In this document: positions 61,064 through 64,000 of the stretch, piece after piece
How positions within the stretch are numbered: position 1 is the stretch's first letter
Layout: each line of letters opens with the position of its first letter
Origin: Candidatus Poseidoniales archaeon
Lineage (GTDB): Archaea > Thermoplasmatota > Poseidoniia > Poseidoniales > Thalassarchaeaceae
NCBI GenBank assembly: GCA_028283505.1
Contig: JAPOFX010000001.1
Coordinates: 137,127-201,126 of the forward strand
DNA length: 64,000 nucleotides
Direction of reading: 5' to 3'
Translations under genes and position numbers: made by a program
Notes under the pieces: model-generated
What the model was told of the DNA's origin: nothing
What the model saw: the letters and a program-made list of their open reading frames with translations, nothing else
Database searches by the model: none

Positions 61064-63613
61064 TCACTCTTTTTCTCTGCTCAATAGATTGAAATTTCCT
61101 CGATTCAGGACCGCTAAGAAACCTATGACTAGAATAATTCCAATGGTTGCCTGTATTACAAAACCGTCCTCGCTTGAATCGCCTTCTCCCGCATCTCCAT
61201 CCTGCCCGGAATCTCCGAATGAGTTATCCTGAATGTACTCGACATTGTGCCTACATTCGACTTCTGCGGGATAATCCCCAGCATCTGTACAAATTCTTCC
61301 GGGTATAGTAAAGGATTTAGATACTTCAAGCTGACAGAATGTTGCCAATCCTGAAACAATACAATCTTCCGTTTCCTCCATAACTACTAGTATGGAGCCA
61401 CAAAGGAGCTTCTGCCCTTCTCTTTCCACTAGGGACGGATGCTCTGAAAGACATTCTTCGAGATGCACACCTTCATCCAGAGTTGTGATGTGGGGGACGT
61501 ATCCGCCTCTTGGTCCATAACTGTCGAAAAAGTCAGGGAGGGTTGGACGACTGACAACCATGGGCCCGTCACCATCAGAGATATTTGTCACTATGGGGTC
61601 AGCCCCTCCTACCGTACCGCCAATTCTGTGCCCCTCTTCATCAAGCTCTATATCATAGAATTCAGACCATAAATCGATATTCCTTCCTTTCTGAAAAGAA
61701 GGAGTCCTATTCAGAACATCGAAGTATCTCTCGTCCCCCATTGTGAAGAGATATTCGATAGGAACGTCCTTGCCATCATTACAACCACTTAGGTAGTCTA
61801 TCATTTCTGAGTAAGATTGCTGAGCCTCAGGAACGCCTTCGTAAGTTATGTCAATCGCTTTCGAAAAACCTTCTCCATGGATTATCTCTGTCTCATCATC
61901 CAAAGCCTGCATTATGTCTACGTCTCCAAAAACGGGGAGTCCGCCAACAACAACCAATCTGACATCAGGGTCCACCGCCTCAATCACATTTCTGTATGGA
62001 TCCGCCTCAAATGTGTCCAATACGACTAGGTCGGCGGCAAGTCCCTCTCTGATCCTGCCAGTATATTCCGACCAACCAATTGCATCAACTATGTTAGTAG
62101 TAATTGTCTGAACCAACTCAAAATCTGTGAATATATCACCCAGTACGTTCCTGTCCCACCAATCAGCTGTCTTCAGCTCATGCATGGAGCTCTTTGAGCC
62201 AGAAGGAGACCAATCCGGACCAATCATGATGTTAACTCCCTCCGTCTTTGCAGTCGCTATATCTGTGGTTTCCCCATATAGGAGAAGGTTGGATGTGGGA
62301 GACCATGCAAGGCTTCCCCCAACAGATCCCAATGCTGAGAATTCAGTCTGGGTTAATCCCGTACCATGAATTATTACTATCTCCCCTACGAGAAGGTTAT
62401 TTTCAACAAGAATATCAAACTCCGCTCTGCTGGACTCATCGATTCCCTCGGCGAGATGTATGAACCATGCATTTAGACTTCCAGATGAATTTCTGTCCTT
62501 TATGTGGTTGCCTTCATACTCTGATTCCAACTCTGTTACCTTTGTCCATATCCCATCTCCACCGAAATTGTAGAGCTCTATGTTTCTCGCAAGCATTGTC
62601 TCAAATGTGTCCGTGTTTCGATTTGCACTTCCTTGCAAGGCGGTATTGCCACCTGCTATCGCTCTTAATTCAGCAAACCTCATCGCAGATGAATCTTCAA
62701 TAGAGCAACCAATATCTTTGGCATCACTGTATCCTGAATAAGATTGCCACTGATATCTATTATCCCACCCTTCGGTTCCATGGTCCCAGAGTGGGATCAA
62801 ATTGTATTTTGCATGATTGTGCGGATCTATAAAACCCGGGTAAATGGTACCACTAGTGGGAATTGATATCACTCCTTCCGCTGATTCTGGTTCCGGTTCA
62901 GAGGAGCTCCAAATTTCCTGAATCATTCCATCAACAATCAGTATCCTTCCATCGTCTATGACGTCATTTTGTGACTCCATGGTCACAATCCTTCCCTCTA
63001 AAATGTATTCCCCTCTGTGAATATTATCCTCTTCCGGCTGTTGAGGGTAACAGCTCCCCATCAAATGATTGACACCTACCCATTCTTGATCATTGGGGCC
63101 TCCTGGAGTTGGACTTTGGTCAGAGAGCTTTGACCAGCTACCATTAGCAGCGTATCCATAGGGTATGCCGTAGTCCGAGTCTTCAGCATCATAGCTTACA
63201 GAATCTATTTCAGCACCGGCTTGATTAGTGATTCTGACTGTATCTCCTTCCCAGTAATTGAATTCGATCTGTGTCTGCGCCCTGTAGAATACCACATATG
63301 ATCCTGGTTCCATGACAGTCCCCCAGGCAATGCTGCACATTGGCGAACCGCCATTCTCCAAGTCATCTATCCACCATCCCCCTATATCTATTGCAGAATC
63401 AGTGGGGTTGTGCAATTCCAGGAACTGATTGGAAAACCTTCCAATTTCTCCATCTCCATTCCAATCTATCCCCCCGTACTCCTCACTATTTGGAGATACG
63501 TATATTTCGTTGATAATGACTGAATCACCAGCTCCTTGCGCTGAAGTAGTGATAATCGGCGATGATACCACTAGAATCATAAAGGCAGTCACGACAATTG
63601 ACCCGGCGCGCAT
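61064..63613 (-). CDS. Surface-anchored lamin-tail-domain (LTD) plus metal-dependent amidohydrolase protein with C-terminal TM anchor
   Basis: Signal MRAGSIVVTAFMILVVSSPIITTSAQG from the ATG at 63613. LTD-like VIINEIYVSPN..NQFLELHNPTDSAIDIGGWWI. Amidohydrolase HxH motif PGFIDPHNHAKYN. C-terminal helix ATIGIILVIGFLAVL. The ORF-track start at 63862 overlaps a + strand gene. Confidence 0.7.
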   Translation of the reverse strand: MRAGSIVVTAFMILVVSSPIITTSAQGAGDSVIINEIYVSPNSEEYGGIDWNGDGEIGRFSNQFLELHNPTDSAIDIGGWWIDDLENGGSPMCSIAWGTVMEPGSYVVFYRAQTQIEFNYWEGDTVRITNQAGAEIDSVSYDAEDSDYGIPYGYAANGSWSKLSDQSPTPGGPNDQEWVGVNHLMGSCYPQQPEEDNIHRGEYILEGRIVTMESQNDVIDDGRILIVDGMIQEIWSSSEPEPESAEGVISIPTSGTIYPGFIDPHNHAKYNLIPLWDHGTEGWDNRYQWQSYSGYSDAKDIGCSIEDSSAMRFAELRAIAGGNTALQGSANRNTDTFETMLARNIELYNFGGDGIWTKVTELESEYEGNHIKDRNSSGSLNAWFIHLAEGIDESSRAEFDILVENNLLVGEIVIIHGTGLTQTEFSALGSVGGSLAWSPTSNLLLYGETTDIATAKTEGVNIMIGPDWSPSGSKSSMHELKTADWWDRNVLGDIFTDFELVQTITTNIVDAIGWSEYTGRIREGLAADLVVLDTFEADPYRNVIEAVDPDVRLVVVGGLPVFGDVDIMQALDDETEIIHGEGFSKAIDITYEGVPEAQQSYSEMIDYLSGCNDGKDVPIEYLFTMGDERYFDVLNRTPSFQKGRNIDLWSEFYDIELDEEGHRIGGTVGGADPIVTNISDGDGPMVVSRPTLPDFFDSYGPRGGYVPHITTLDEGVHLEECLSEHPSLVEREGQKLLCGSILVVMEETEDCIVSGLATFCQLEVSKSFTIPGRICTDAGDYPAEVECRHNVEYIQDNSFGDSGQDGDAGEGDSSEDGFVIQATIGIILVIGFLAVLNRGNFNLLSREKE

Positions 63614-63703
63614 GATATCCCGACGGAATGATATGACTTCAACCCAACTATGCAGGAGCATTGAGTGCGAAGTGCGAAATAGCACTATTTCTGCCCAGCC
63701 ACC

Positions 63704-64000
63704 ATGTCTGGCATTAGGTCTACCTGTGTCGCACTCGTTACAATCATGCTCTCCTCTGTTTCCCTGTCTGGATGTATACATGATGCAATTATTGAGAATC
63801 TGAGTGCCCCATATCCAAAATGGTACGAAGAAATGGAATTTATCGATGACCCGATGAGTCACACAGACTCCTGTTTCAGTACTCCTTGTGTGAGAAATTT
63901 CACAATAGGAGAGCCATTTTCAGATGAAATCTGGGACGAGACTGGCAACAAATGGGCGGTATTTGGGAATGTCGAGGGAGGCAATTGCTGTGAACACTAC
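63704..64000 (+). CDS. Partial CDS (3' end outside window): secreted lipoprotein, N-terminal 99 aa
   Basis: Not in the ORF track because it has no stop within the window. The ATG at 63704 opens a stop-free frame to base 64000: MSGIRSTCVALVTIMLSSVSLSGCIHDAIIENLSAPYPKWYEEM... This gives a basic n-region, a hydrophobic core and an LSGC lipobox like three other proteins here. Confidence 0.6.
   Translation, partial: MSGIRSTCVALVTIMLSSVSLSGCIHDAIIENLSAPYPKWYEEMEFIDDPMSHTDSCFSTPCVRNFTIGEPFSDEIWDETGNKWAVFGNVEGGNCCEHY

Noticed and set aside
63614-63862. N-terminal 83 codons of the 932-aa ORF (start at 63862)
   Set aside because: The region overlaps a convincing + strand lipoprotein gene starting at 63704. 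The internal ATG at 63613 gives a proper signal peptide (MRAGSIVVTAFMILVV...).

Overview
This is a gene-dense chromosomal segment with about 60 protein genes, one tRNA and short spacers. I recognised no rRNA, CRISPR array, transposase, integrase or phage genes. The gene content is archaeal: TATA-box-binding protein, mevalonate kinase, the archaeal aroA'/aroB' route to dehydroquinate, a GHMP-type shikimate kinase, RibL-type FAD synthetase, a SepF-like protein and a PGF-CTERM sorting signal. Some genes are bacterial-type: gpsA, a two-barrel riboflavin synthase and a MacB/LolD-like ABC system. Surface proteins are very acidic. This mixture suggests an uncultured marine euryarchaeon of the Marine Group II/Poseidoniales kind, but that is inference only because no search was run. 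Themes are: (1) extracellular proteolysis and amino-acid catabolism (two S8 subtilases, a fused 2-oxoacid dehydrogenase E1 alpha/beta, an acyl-CoA dehydrogenase, a membrane HdrD/EtfD-like Fe-S oxidoreductase); (2) a molybdenum-hydroxylase locus with its regulator and cofactor-maturation genes (XdhC, MocA, MoeB-rhodanese nearby); (3) riboflavin/FAD and shikimate gene clusters; (4) a MoxR-DUF58-DUF4350 module; (5) several large, acidic, Ca-binding or PKD/CARDB surface proteins. The most unusual objects are listed here. A single 1271-aa ORF fuses a secreted subtilisin to an AmpG-like MFS permease (38744-42559). A hyper-acidic surface protein combines a lipobox, LDL-receptor-class-A-like Ca cages, EF-hands and PGF-CTERM (3656-6067). 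An E1 alpha/beta fusion carries a novel N-terminal zinc-ribbon domain (31248-34109). A TBP has a roughly 55-aa insertion in its second repeat (54503-55243). A Mo-hydroxylase FAD subunit has a Cys-rich, 4-hydroxybenzoyl-CoA-reductase-like insertion, and a duplicated PGCG-motif permease sits among the cofactor genes. All functional calls rest on motifs read by eye, and start codons are often ambiguous.
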